From positions 1-15,313 of the forward strand of contig CARLBU010000004.1 of NCBI GenBank assembly GCA_949012915.1: 15,313 nucleotides of DNA, in the 5' to 3' direction. Both the position numbers and the translations under genes were made by a program. The notes beneath the pieces were generated by a model, which was not told the DNA's origin, did no database searches, and saw nothing but the letters and a program-made list of their open reading frames with translations. Source of the stretch: an uncultured Lachnospiraceae bacterium. Lineage in GTDB: Bacteria > Bacillota > Clostridia > Lachnospirales > Lachnospiraceae. Below, piece by piece: positions 7,549 through 15,281 of this stretch (position 1 is the first letter of the stretch; every line of letters begins with the position of its first letter).

Positions 7549-10500
7549 ATTGGACAAAGGAACAGGAACAGGTTATCTATTTAAGGAATAGGGCAATTTT
7601 GGTTTCGGCAGCGGCAGGTTCAGGAAAAACAGCCGTTTTGGTAGAACGAATTATTCAGATGATTACAGATCGGGAGAATTCGGTGGATATTGACCGGCTT
7701 TTAATTGTTACATTTACCAATGCTGCGGCTGCAGAGATGAGAGAACGAATTACTTCTGCTATTGAACGAGCGTTAGAAGATGCCCCAGAAGATGCCCATT
7801 TACAGAGACAGCAGACATTAGTTCATACGGCACAAATTATGACAATTGACAGTTTTTGTCTGAGTGTGATTCGAGATCACTTTGATCTGTTAGACTTTGA
7901 TCCCTCTTTTCGAATCGGAGATGAGGGGGAGCGAAAACTGTTAAAATCAGATGTAGTAGCAGGACTGTTAGAGGATTACTACAGCGAGGCAGATCCGGAG
8001 TTTTTTCATTTTGTAGAGAGTTATTCAACCGGAAAAAATGACAGCGGATTAGAAGACTTGATTTTGCGGCTCTATGAATTTGCAATGAGTTATCCCGATC
8101 CGGAGGAATGGCTAAAAGGCTGCTTAAATGAATACCCTATGGAGGAACAAGCCGAGGAAGAAGCTTTGGATCAGGAAGAACAAAAAACAATGGAACAGGC
8201 TTATAGAAAAGCATTAGAGCAGACCAAATCCGTACAGTTTTTAATGGAATACCTAAAAAAACTCATCACGGACTGCTGCAGTCAGTTGGATCTGGCAAAG
8301 CAGATCTGCAGCCAGGAGAGAGGTCCCTATCAGTATCTCCCAGCTATTGAGTCTGATTTTTATTATTTAGAAAAATTAGTACAGTGCAAATCCTATCAAA
8401 GTTTTGGAAAGGCTTTAAAAGAAGTAAACTTTATCCGCTTATCCTCAAAAAAAGATTCCTCGATCGATGCTGAAAAAAAGGCAAGAGTCAAAGAGATTCG
8501 AGATCGAATCAAAGAGGAAATTCGGGGAATCGGAAAGCAGTTCTATTTTCAGCCAATCGATAAGATGCTGGAAAATATGGCAAATGTAAGCAAGACTATG
8601 GCGGTAATGGTAAGGCTGACATTAGACTTTCATACCAGATATCAGGCAAAAAAAAGGGAACGCAATTTAATGGATTTTTCGGATGTAGAACATTTGGCAC
8701 TTAATATCCTGACCGAACAGACAAAAGAGGGAAGAGTGCCGTCACTGATTGCAAAAGAATATCGGGATCAGTTTACAGAGATTATGATCGATGAATATCA
8801 GGACAGCAATTTAGTACAGGAGGCAATTTTATTTAGCGTTTCCCGTTATCAGGAAGAAATTCCCAATGTCTTTATGGTAGGAGATGTAAAACAAAGCATC
8901 TATAAGTTTCGTTTAGCAAGACCCGAACTTTTTGTGGAAAAATATCAGACATATACCACAGAAGAAAGCAATTATCAAAAAATTGATCTCCATAAAAACT
9001 TCCGCAGCCGTCCAGAGGTCTTACAGAGCGTAAATGATATCTTTTATCAGATTATGCGGAAAGAATTAGGAGGCGTAACCTATGACAATGCAGCAGCACT
9101 CTATCCGGGAGCAACATTTCCAGAAGGCGGTTCAGAGGCACAGGAGCGAAAGACCGAGTTATTGTTGATCAATAAATCCCAAGAAGAGGATACCACCGAT
9201 CTGGTAACGGCAGAAATGACAGCCCTGGTAATGGAAGCAAAGGTAATAGCCGGTCAGATTCGAAGACTGACCCATCCAGATACCGGTCTGAAAGTCCTAG
9301 ACAAAAAGTCGGGTACCTATCGGACTGCACAGTACAGGGATATTGTTGTCCTTTTGCGTACAGTAGCAGGATGGGGAGAGACGATTGTAACGATCTGCAT
9401 GGAAGAAGGAATTCCTGCCCATACCCAGTCCCAGACCGGATATTTTACCGCCTTGGAAGTACAGACGGTATTAAACCTATTAAGAATTATTGACAATCCC
9501 AGACAGGACATTCCATTAGCAGGGGTTCTGCACTCGCCGATTGGACATTTCAGCAGTTTAGAACTGGCAAAGATCCGCTCGGCTCATCTAGAAGGCGATC
9601 TCTATGAAGCACTGCTTTCTCCGGTTGGAGAAGAAGAACTAGATAAAAAAGTAAAAGCATTTTTAGAACAGTTAGAATATTTCCGGGATCAAGCAGCATG
9701 TACCCCTATTCATGAATTAATACGATTAGTCTTAAAAGTAACAGGCTATGGAGATTATGCCGCTTCCATGCCGGCAGGAACAAAGCGAAGAATGAATTTA
9801 GATATGCTGTTAGAAAAAGCGATTGCCTTTGAAGCAACCAGTTATCGGGGTGTCTTTCACTTTATCCGCTATATTGAAAAACTCAACCAATATGAGGTGG
9901 ACTTCGGAGAAGCATCGATTGTAAATGAACAGGACAACACTGTTCGGATTATGAGTATCCATAAGAGCAAAGGACTGGAATTTCCGATTGTTATTGTAGC
10001 CGGAATGGGAAAAAAGATTAATCAAATGGATGCTATGCAGAAAGCAGTGATTCATCCCGACTTAGGAGTGGGATTAGATTTTGTAAATTATGAACGCAGA
10101 ACGAAAGCTCCTGTTTTAATCAAGCGAATTATTCAAAAAAGTATTCGTTTAGAAAACCTTGGAGAAGAACTGCGGATTTTATATGTAGCACTGACAAGGG
10201 CAAAAGAAAAGCTGATTTTAACCGGTGTAACAGATAAGATGACAGAACGATATGAAAAGTGGCGGAGAGAAACAAACGGAGGAGCGGCACTGTCCTATGC
10301 TTCCCTTGCAAAAGCAGAGTCCTATCTAGATTGGATTGTACCGGCGATCACAAAAGAAAGTTGTGAAGTTACATTTTATACACCAAAGGGAGTTGCAGAG
10401 GGAGAGATTCTGCGGCAGAAAGAAAATATGGATTTATCCGATTATCAGAAGAAACTGGATTTTTCGCAATGTTTTGATCCTCAGTTAAGAGAAGAGATAG

Positions 10501-11219
10501 AAAAGAGGTTTTCTTATCTGTATCCTTATCAGAAAGAAATGTCACTTTATGCAAAAACTTCCGTATCGGAGCAGAAACGTTTGAATCAAAGAGAAATGGA
10601 AGCAGAAGAAGATACGGCATTATTAATCGAACAAAAAGAAGAGATTCTGCCGAAATTTATGCAGGGAAAATTAGAAGGTGTGGGAGGAGCAACACGAGGA
10701 ACCGCCTATCATATTTTTTTGGAAAATATGAATTTAGCAGAATTTGACGGAATGGAAGAGAACGAGATTTCAAAACGAATCGGGCAGTTAAAGCGGCAGT
10801 TAGTGGAGGAAAAGAAACTTTCAAAAGAAAATGCTAAGTTGATTTGGAATCAGAGAATTGTGGCGTTTTTAACTTCTCAGACGGCAAAGCGGATGCGGGA
10901 AGCGGAAAAGAGAGGGCAGATTTATCGGGAGACGCAGTTTGTAGTGGGGATTCCTGCTTGGAAGTTATATCGGGAGACAGAGAGTCAGGAGTTAATTTTA
11001 CTGCAGGGGGTGATTGATGTTTATTTTGAAGAGGAGGGAAAGTTGGTACTGTTGGATTATAAGACAGATGCAGTTTATGAAGGGCAGGAGGAAGTGCTGG
11101 TGATGCGGTATGAGAGGCAGTTTGAACTTTATAAAATGGCATTGGAGCAGATGACGGGGGAGGAAGTTGGGGAGATGATATTGTATTCTTTTGGATTGGG
11201 GAAAGAGATTCGAATTTAA
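7539..11219 (+). CDS. addA: ATP-dependent helicase/nuclease subunit A (AddA/RexA), UvrD-like SF1 helicase with a C-terminal RecB nuclease
   Basis: 1226 aa. The N-terminus W-TKEQEQVI...VSAAAGSGKTAVLVERII gives the UvrD motif I. The C-terminus GVIDVYFEEEGKLVLLDYKTD is a RecB-type nuclease motif. The GTG start overlaps the addB stop by 10 nt (translational coupling), with a GAGGAGGGAGAAG RBS. Confidence 0.9.
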   Translation: MAVNWTKEQEQVIYLRNRAILVSAAAGSGKTAVLVERIIQMITDRENSVDIDRLLIVTFTNAAAAEMRERITSAIERALEDAPEDAHLQRQQTLVHTAQIMTIDSFCLSVIRDHFDLLDFDPSFRIGDEGERKLLKSDVVAGLLEDYYSEADPEFFHFVESYSTGKNDSGLEDLILRLYEFAMSYPDPEEWLKGCLNEYPMEEQAEEEALDQEEQKTMEQAYRKALEQTKSVQFLMEYLKKLITDCCSQLDLAKQICSQERGPYQYLPAIESDFYYLEKLVQCKSYQSFGKALKEVNFIRLSSKKDSSIDAEKKARVKEIRDRIKEEIRGIGKQFYFQPIDKMLENMANVSKTMAVMVRLTLDFHTRYQAKKRERNLMDFSDVEHLALNILTEQTKEGRVPSLIAKEYRDQFTEIMIDEYQDSNLVQEAILFSVSRYQEEIPNVFMVGDVKQSIYKFRLARPELFVEKYQTYTTEESNYQKIDLHKNFRSRPEVLQSVNDIFYQIMRKELGGVTYDNAAALYPGATFPEGGSEAQERKTELLLINKSQEEDTTDLVTAEMTALVMEAKVIAGQIRRLTHPDTGLKVLDKKSGTYRTAQYRDIVVLLRTVAGWGETIVTICMEEGIPAHTQSQTGYFTALEVQTVLNLLRIIDNPRQDIPLAGVLHSPIGHFSSLELAKIRSAHLEGDLYEALLSPVGEEELDKKVKAFLEQLEYFRDQAACTPIHELIRLVLKVTGYGDYAASMPAGTKRRMNLDMLLEKAIAFEATSYRGVFHFIRYIEKLNQYEVDFGEASIVNEQDNTVRIMSIHKSKGLEFPIVIVAGMGKKINQMDAMQKAVIHPDLGVGLDFVNYERRTKAPVLIKRIIQKSIRLENLGEELRILYVALTRAKEKLILTGVTDKMTERYEKWRRETNGGAALSYASLAKAESYLDWIVPAITKESCEVTFYTPKGVAEGEILRQKENMDLSDYQKKLDFSQCFDPQLREEIEKRFSYLYPYQKEMSLYAKTSVSEQKRLNQREMEAEEDTALLIEQKEEILPKFMQGKLEGVGGATRGTAYHIFLENMNLAEFDGMEENEISKRIGQLKRQLVEEKKLSKENAKLIWNQRIVAFLTSQTAKRMREAEKRGQIYRETQFVVGIPAWKLYRETESQELILLQGVIDVYFEEEGKLVLLDYKTDAVYEGQEEVLVMRYERQFELYKMALEQMTGEEVGEMILYSFGLGKEIRI

Positions 11220-11253
11220 GCGAATGATTTGAATTTAAACGAATATATGTTGG

Positions 11254-11316
11254 GGGGACGCTGACATCATTGGGTGATTTTTCGCTCAGGGGACGCTGAC
11301 ACCACTGGATGATTCT
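11254..11316. repeat. Tandem direct repeat, 2 x about 27 bp (GGGGACGCTGACAYCAYTGGRTGATT)
   Basis: 11254-11280 and 11289-11315 are near-identical. The second copy forms the left stem of hairpin element copy 1. Confidence 0.7.
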
Positions 11317-11433
11317 CTGCTGGGGCCGTTTGCACTAAGGCTTCCTCGCAGCGGACACATAAGGCACGAAAAGACCGTGCCTAAGTGCCGGCGGGAAGCA
11401 ATACCCCTGCAGAGATTCATCCAGTGGTGTCAG
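11294..11433. repeat. Hairpin repeat element, copy 1. A 26-bp stem (one mismatch) encloses a 92-bp core at 11320..11411.
   Basis: 11294-11319 is the reverse complement of 11408-11433. The 92-bp core is 100% identical, in inverted orientation, to 11871-11962. The core contains an internal imperfect hairpin (AGGCACG aaaagac CGTGCCT). Confidence 0.75.
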
Positions 11434-11665
11434 CTGTGTATTCCAACCGGAACAGTCGCAGTATTTTGGTTGATTAAAACCGTTTTTGTGTGATTTTAGA
11501 TAGTTTAACCTCATCAAGGAAGTCCCCTGCTTCTAAGCCGCCAAGGCGAAAGCGGTGGGTTGGGGGCAGGTGGGGTACAAGCCCTATTTGACAAGCTGCG
11601 ATAGCAGCATAGGATTACAAATTTCTTTTGAATTCCAACAGTCGGAGTAGAGAATTTTTACGGGG

Positions 11666-11860
11666 CGTTGTTTTTAGGAGGAATAAACCAGCAGACCGAA
11701 TAAAATATTTTTGTGAAGTATCATTTCCAGGAGAAACAAGCTAATAGGCAGAGTAAAAATGTTTGTGAGGCATTGTTTCCAGGAGGAACAAGCCAATAGG
11801 CGGAATAAAAACGTTTATGAGGCATTATTTCTAGGGGGAACGAAACAGCGGGTAGCATAG
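11666..11860. repeat. Degenerate tandem repeat array, about four copies of a roughly 52-bp unit, with a diverged fifth copy near 11445-11500
   Basis: The units at 11666-11718, 11719-11770, 11771-11822 and 11823-~11860 share the consensus CATTGTTTCCAGGAGGAACAAGCCAATAGGCGGAATAAAAACGTTTATGAGG. Every position drifts, and there is no alternation of conserved repeats with unique spacers. Confidence 0.65.
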
Positions 11861-11983
11861 AGAGAATCTTTGCAGGGGTATTGCTTCCCGCCGGCACTTA
11901 GGCACGGTCTTTTCGTGCCTTATGTGTCCGCTGCGAGGAAGCCTTAGTGCAAACGGCCCCAGCAAAGAATCTCTCTATGCTAC
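11852..11983. repeat. Hairpin repeat element, copy 2 (inverted). A 22-bp stem (one mismatch) encloses the 92-bp core at 11871..11962.
   Basis: The core is the exact reverse complement of 11320-11411. The flanking stem 11852-11873 pairs with 11962-11983. The stem sequences differ from those of copy 1, except for the core-proximal GATTCTYTGCTGGGG / CCCCTGCARAGATTC. Confidence 0.75.
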
Positions 11984-12067
11984 CTGCGTCCGATTCTACA
12001 ATATCAATATCTGGTTTATAATTGCTGAAGTGGTTTTCTTTTTTTCTGATAACTTTTCTTTAGAAAT

Positions 12068-12097
12068 TGAATAAGCCTTGAAAATTAGGGAAATACT
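12068..12097 (+). promoter_or_regulatory. Candidate forespore sigma-G/sigma-F-type promoter (TGAATA-N17-AATACTC) for the SASP gene
   Basis: It resembles the sigma-G consensus GHATR-N17/18-CATXHTA and lies about 35 nt upstream of the ATG. The match is weak and this is inference only. Confidence 0.3.
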
Positions 12098-12130
12098 CTT
12101 GGTAAAATTAGAGTATTGGAGGAGAGAGTA

Positions 12131-12352
12131 ATGCCGACTAAGAAAAAGAAAGAAATTGATTTGGAGAATTTAACACCAGAGGATGAGATGAAATTAGAAA
12201 TTGCAGAGGAAATTGGGGTGTTGGATAAAGTGCTGAAAGGGGGATGGGGAACGCTTTCTGCACGGGAAACCGGACGTATCGGCGGAATTCTTGGGACACG
12301 GAATCGAAAAAAGAAAGCACAAGAGGAAAAAGCATCTCAGGAGAATAGTTGA
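12131..12352 (+). CDS. Alpha/beta-type small acid-soluble spore protein (SASP)
   Basis: 73 aa. EMKLEIAEEIGVL and ...GTLSARETGRIGGIL match both alpha/beta SASP signature motifs. I use ATG 12131 with RBS GGAGGAG at 12118-12124 rather than the ORF-track TTG at 12116. Confidence 0.85.
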   Translation: MPTKKKKEIDLENLTPEDEMKLEIAEEIGVLDKVLKGGWGTLSARETGRIGGILGTRNRKKKAQEEKASQENS

Positions 12353-12377
12353 CTTTTTTGCTAGGAAAAACTATAAT
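12349..12377 (+). promoter_or_regulatory. Consensus sigma-A promoter (TTGACT-N17-TATAAT) for the sufC-sufB operon
   Basis: Perfect -35 and -10 hexamers with a 17-bp spacer. The -35 overlaps the SASP stop codon. The 5'UTR to sufC ATG 12477 is about 95 nt. Confidence 0.6.
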
Positions 12378-12476
12378 AAGTATATCATTTGGAAATGGAA
12401 TAGAAAATTTTGGAAATGATAGGATTATTTACCGAGTGGAATGATCGGGAAGAAAGGCATAAAGGGATAAAGAAAG

Positions 12477-13211
12477 ATGCTGGAATTACAGAATGTTTCC
12501 TTTGAAGTGGAAGGAGAAAATCAGAAAAAAGAGATTTTACGGAATATTAGTTTAACTGTGGATAATACAAAGTTTATTGCTGTAACCGGACCGAATGGCG
12601 GAGGAAAATCAACGCTTGCTAAGTTAATTGTCGGAATTGAAAAGCCAACCATGGGAAGAATTTTATTTGATGGGGTGGATATTACAGAAATGACCATTAC
12701 AGAACGGGCAAAGGCAGGAATTAGTTTTGCTTTTCAGCAGCCGGTGCGGTTTAAGGGGGTTACAGTAAAGGATCTGATTATGCTGGCGGCGGGAAAAGAA
12801 AAGAAGCTGACGGTTGCCGGAGCTTGTAATTATTTGTCTGAGGTGGGGCTTTGTGCTAGGGATTATATTAATCGGGAAGTGGACGGCAGTCTTTCCGGCG
12901 GGGAATTAAAGCGGATTGAGATAGCGACTGTGATGGCACGGGCATCGAAACTCTCTGTGTTTGATGAGCCGGAGGCGGGGATTGATTTGTGGAGTTTTAG
13001 TAATTTGATCGATGTATTTGAAAGACTTTATCAGGAACAGAAACGTTCGATTATGATTATTTCTCATCAGGAGCGGATTTTGAATATTGCGGATGAGATT
13101 GTGGTGATTGCAAATGGATCCATTCAGGCAATTGGAAAGAAGGATGAGATTTTGCCGGAATTGCTATCTGGTACAAGTTCCTGCAGGTATTATCAGAAAA
13201 GGGAGGTGTAG
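12477..13211 (+). CDS. sufC: Fe-S cluster assembly ATPase SufC
   Basis: 244 aa ABC ATPase. Walker A is GPNGGGKST. ERAKAGISFAFQQPV matches the SufC-specific motif. It also has the LSGGELKRIEI signature, Walker B VFDEPEAGIDL and H-loop IISHQERIL. It is followed by sufB. Confidence 0.85.
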   Translation: MLELQNVSFEVEGENQKKEILRNISLTVDNTKFIAVTGPNGGGKSTLAKLIVGIEKPTMGRILFDGVDITEMTITERAKAGISFAFQQPVRFKGVTVKDLIMLAAGKEKKLTVAGACNYLSEVGLCARDYINREVDGSLSGGELKRIEIATVMARASKLSVFDEPEAGIDLWSFSNLIDVFERLYQEQKRSIMIISHQERILNIADEIVVIANGSIQAIGKKDEILPELLSGTSSCRYYQKREV

Positions 13212-13213
13212 AG

Positions 13214-14131
13214 ATGGATGAGATTCAAAAGACCTTGCTTGAACAGGTAGCAGGACTTCATGAAGTGCCGCAGGGAGCATACAATATTCGGGCAAATGGT
13301 GTCAGTGCGGAGAGGAATACGACCGCCAATATTGATATTGTAACAAAAGAGGATAAACAGGGGATTGATATTCGAATTAAGCCGGGAACAAAAAAGGAGA
13401 GTGTGCATATTCCGGTGCTGCTTAGTCAGAGCGGACTGACAGAGATGGTGTATAATGATTTTTACATAGGAGATGACTGCGATATTACAATTGTTGCAGG
13501 GTGCGGAATTCATAATGGTGGAGCAAAGGAAACTCGGCATGATGGAATTCATAGTTTTTTTGTTGGGAAAAATGCAAAAGTGCGATATGTGGAAAAGCAT
13601 TATGGAAGCGGGGAAGGAACAGGAGAACGGATTATGAATCCGCAGACGGTTGTGGAATTAGGAGAAGGCAGTTATATGGAGATGGAGACCGTTCAGATTC
13701 GGGGAGTGGATTCTACTAAGCGTTCTACTAAGGCAAAACTGGCTGACTATGCAACTTTGGTGATTAAAGAGAAGCTGATGACACATGGAAAACAAGTGGC
13801 AGAGACTTCCTTTGAGGTGGATTTGGATGGGGAAGGTTCTGGAACGAATGTGATTTCTAGGGCAGTGGCAAAAGATGATTCTAGACAGATCTTTTTTTCA
13901 AAGATTAATGGGAATAATAAGTGTAACGGACATACGGAATGTGATGCTATTATTATGGATCGTGCCAATATTAGTGCAATTCCTGAAATTACGGCAAATC
14001 ATCTGGAGGCAAGTCTGATTCATGAGGCGGCGATTGGAAAGATTGCTGGAGAACAGATCATTAAGTTAATGACGCTTGGACTAACAGAGAGTGAGGCTGA
14101 GGCACAGATTGTAAATGGGTTTTTAAAATAA
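13214..14131 (+). CDS. sufB: SufB/SufD-family Fe-S cluster assembly scaffold protein, the short form found in minimal SufBC systems
   Basis: 305 aa. The C-terminal region ...[11 protein letters not shown]...[35 protein letters not shown] matches the conserved SufB/SufD C-terminus. It starts 3 nt after the sufC stop. Confidence 0.8.
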   Translation: MDEIQKTLLEQVAGLHEVPQGAYNIRANGVSAERNTTANIDIVTKEDKQGIDIRIKPGTKKESVHIPVLLSQSGLTEMVYNDFYIGDDCDITIVAGCGIHNGGAKETRHDGIHSFFVGKNAKVRYVEKHYGSGEGTGERIMNPQTVVELGEGSYMEMETVQIRGVDSTKRSTKAKLADYATLVIKEKLMTHGKQVAETSFEVDLDGEGSGTNVISRAVAKDDSRQIFFSKINGNNKCNGHTECDAIIMDRANISAIPEITANHLEASLIHEAAIGKIAGEQIIKLMTLGLTESEAEAQIVNGFLK

Positions 14132-14142
14132 GGATAAAGAAA

Positions 14143-14481
14143 ATGAGAGAAGAGAGGGCGAGGAATAATTCTATGGAGACGAAAGAAACAGGAGTTCAAT
14201 TTGAGGAGTTAAAGGCTTGTATTGATCGGGCAGACGATTGTATTAGGGAAATTTTAGATAAGACAAAAAATTTGGATAAAATTGAAAGTCAGCAAAAAAT
14301 TTTAGCATTGAATGCTTCAATAGAAGCAGCACGAGCCGGAGATGCCGGAAAAGGATTTGCGATTGTTGCTACAAAAGTCGGGGAATTGGCAAGCAGTTCA
14401 GCAGCGGTAAATAGTTCTATTAAGCAGTCGTTAGAAGATTTGGATCGAATTATTTTAGAGATGAAAAAATTGGAAAAATAG
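14143..14481 (+). CDS. Small (112 aa) protein carrying only the highly conserved MCP signalling hairpin-tip motif
   Basis: [34 protein letters not shown] is near-identical to the MCP signalling-domain consensus (LLALNAAIEAARAGEqGrGFAVVAdEVrkLAerS). It has no transmembrane, HAMP or methylation helices. It starts 11 nt after the sufB stop (RBS aagga) and ends at the operon terminator. Confidence 0.6.
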   Translation: MREERARNNSMETKETGVQFEELKACIDRADDCIREILDKTKNLDKIESQQKILALNASIEAARAGDAGKGFAIVATKVGELASSSAAVNSSIKQSLEDLDRIILEMKKLEK

Positions 14482-14488
14482 AAAAAGG

Positions 14489-14568
14489 GACTGCTGCAAA
14501 ATATAGTAATTTTACAGAACATAGGGACAATCATAATACTATTTATTGTTTTGCAGCAGTCTTTTTTT
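14489..14568 (+). terminator. Rho-independent terminator of the sufCB operon
   Basis: A 13-bp perfect stem, GACTGCTGCAAAA (14489-14501) against TTTTGCAGCAGTC (14549-14561), is followed by T7. The loop is unusually long (47 nt) and can form a secondary stem. Confidence 0.55.
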
Positions 14569-14660
14569 GCGTACATAAGTATTGGGAGGAAAAGGGCAGT
14601 TAAAGCAGGAAAGAGGTTTTTTGTTTTATTGGACTTTTTTTAAAAAATAAAAAAAAATAC

Positions 14661-14689
14661 TTGACGAATGATTATTTTATCAGTATAAT
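14661..14689 (+). promoter_or_regulatory. Consensus sigma-A promoter (TTGACG-N17-TATAAT) with an A-rich UP element, driving ssrA
   Basis: Near-perfect hexamers, a 17-bp spacer and an upstream A-tract at 14641-14660. The TSS would be about 40 nt upstream of the mature tmRNA 5' end. Confidence 0.6.
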
Positions 14690-14736
14690 AACTATTGTTC
14701 TGTAAGAACCATTCAACTGAAAGAATTGAAAAATTC

Positions 14737-15099
14737 GGGGTTGTACTGGTTTCGACGGGGATTATGAAGTTGGAGAAGCCACCTGCGGGTCGGAACCGCA
14801 TTAGTAAACCGAAAATTAAATATAAACGCAAACGAAGATTACGCGTTCGCTGCTTAATAGCAGCTGTCGCTCTTAGGTAGCTTACTGCTTAAGAATCCGG
14901 CATCAAGGAGGTAAGGAACTTTGTATCCAAAGCTTTGAGGGTATAAAAGAAAAATGAAGCTACTAAAGCCGGAAACCTGTCCATGGGTGTCCGATAGAGG
15001 GAACCGTATAGAAAAAGGCTATGCATAAAACAGGGACTGTGGTGGGAGATGCTTTGATGGAGGAGTCTTCGGACAGGGGTTCGATTCCCCTCAGCTCCA
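14737..15099 (+). ncRNA. ssrA: tmRNA (transfer-messenger RNA, SsrA)
   Basis: The 5' end GGGGTTGTACTGGTTTCGACGGGG and the 3' tRNA-like end GGACAGGGGTTCGATTCCCCTCAGCTCCA form an acceptor stem with the G3:U70 alanine identity pair. The internal tag ORF GCA AAC GAA GAT TAC GCG TTC GCT GCT TAA TAG (14828-14857) encodes ANEDYAFAA and ends in a double stop. CCA is not encoded. Confidence 0.9.
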
Positions 15100-15125
15100 T
15101 CGGTTAAACGTAACCGTGTTATGTT

Positions 15126-15199
15126 CGAGGTGTGGCTCAGTTTGGTAGAGCGCTACGTTCGGGACGTAGAAGTCGCGTGTTCGAATCACGTCACCTCGA
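15126..15199 (+). tRNA. tRNA-Pro (anticodon CGG)
   Basis: A manual cloverleaf gives a 7-bp acceptor stem CGAGGTG/CACCTCG, U8, D-stem GCTC/GAGC, anticodon stem CTACG/CGTAG, anticodon loop TTCGGGA (U33, CGG, G37) and T-arm GCGTG-TTCGAAT-CACGT. It is 74 nt, with no encoded CCA. Confidence 0.85.
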
Positions 15200-15208
15200 C
15201 TGAATTTA

Positions 15209-15243
15209 AGCAGATGCGGATCGCGTCTGCTAATTTTTTTTTT
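15209..15243 (+). terminator. Rho-independent terminator after tRNA-Pro
   Basis: AGCAGATGCG-gat-CGCGTCTGCT forms a stem with one G-U pair, followed by aa and then T10. Confidence 0.6.
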
Positions 15244-15253
15244 CGAAAGTGCT

Positions 15254-15281
15254 TGCCAAAATGGTTGTTTGTGTTATATAG
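15254..15281 (+). promoter_or_regulatory. Candidate promoter (TTGCCA-N16-TGtTATATA, extended -10) for a gene downstream of the window
   Basis: A -35-like TTGCCA and an extended -10 lie near the window end. The target gene is not visible. Confidence 0.3.

Noticed and set aside
4205-10620. Multiple 60-117-aa minus-strand ORFs inside addB and addA, for example 4205..4510, 5354..5707, 6380..6655, 7837..8085, 9810..10055 and 10369..10620
   Set aside because: They are antisense to long, well-supported coding regions. They are Pro/Ser/Leu-rich, as expected from the reverse frames of a GAA/GAG-rich gene, and have no RBS.
11666-11860. Possible CRISPR array, seen as periodic ~52-bp units with a recurring AGGAGGAACAAGCC motif
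   Set aside because: The whole unit is repeated and drifts uniformly. Repeat and spacer portions are equally degenerate, and there is no alternation of a conserved repeat with unique spacers. No cas genes or leader are present. It is a degenerate tandem duplication, not a CRISPR.
12116-12130. TTG start at 12116 for the SASP gene, as in the ORF track
   Set aside because: The TTG is itself part of the GGAGGAG Shine-Dalgarno (12118-12124). ATG 12131 sits at ideal spacing and gives a canonical ~73-aa alpha/beta SASP.
13193-13968. Minus-strand ORFs 13193..13600 and 13747..13968 inside sufB
   Set aside because: They are antisense to sufB, with Cys/Phe/Ile-rich low-complexity products and no translation signals.
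14640-14880. ORFs 14695..14880 (+) and 14640..14831 (-)
   Set aside because: They overlap the ssrA promoter and the tmRNA gene. The plus-strand one is simply an alternative frame through the tmRNA, which has a basic, low-complexity translation.
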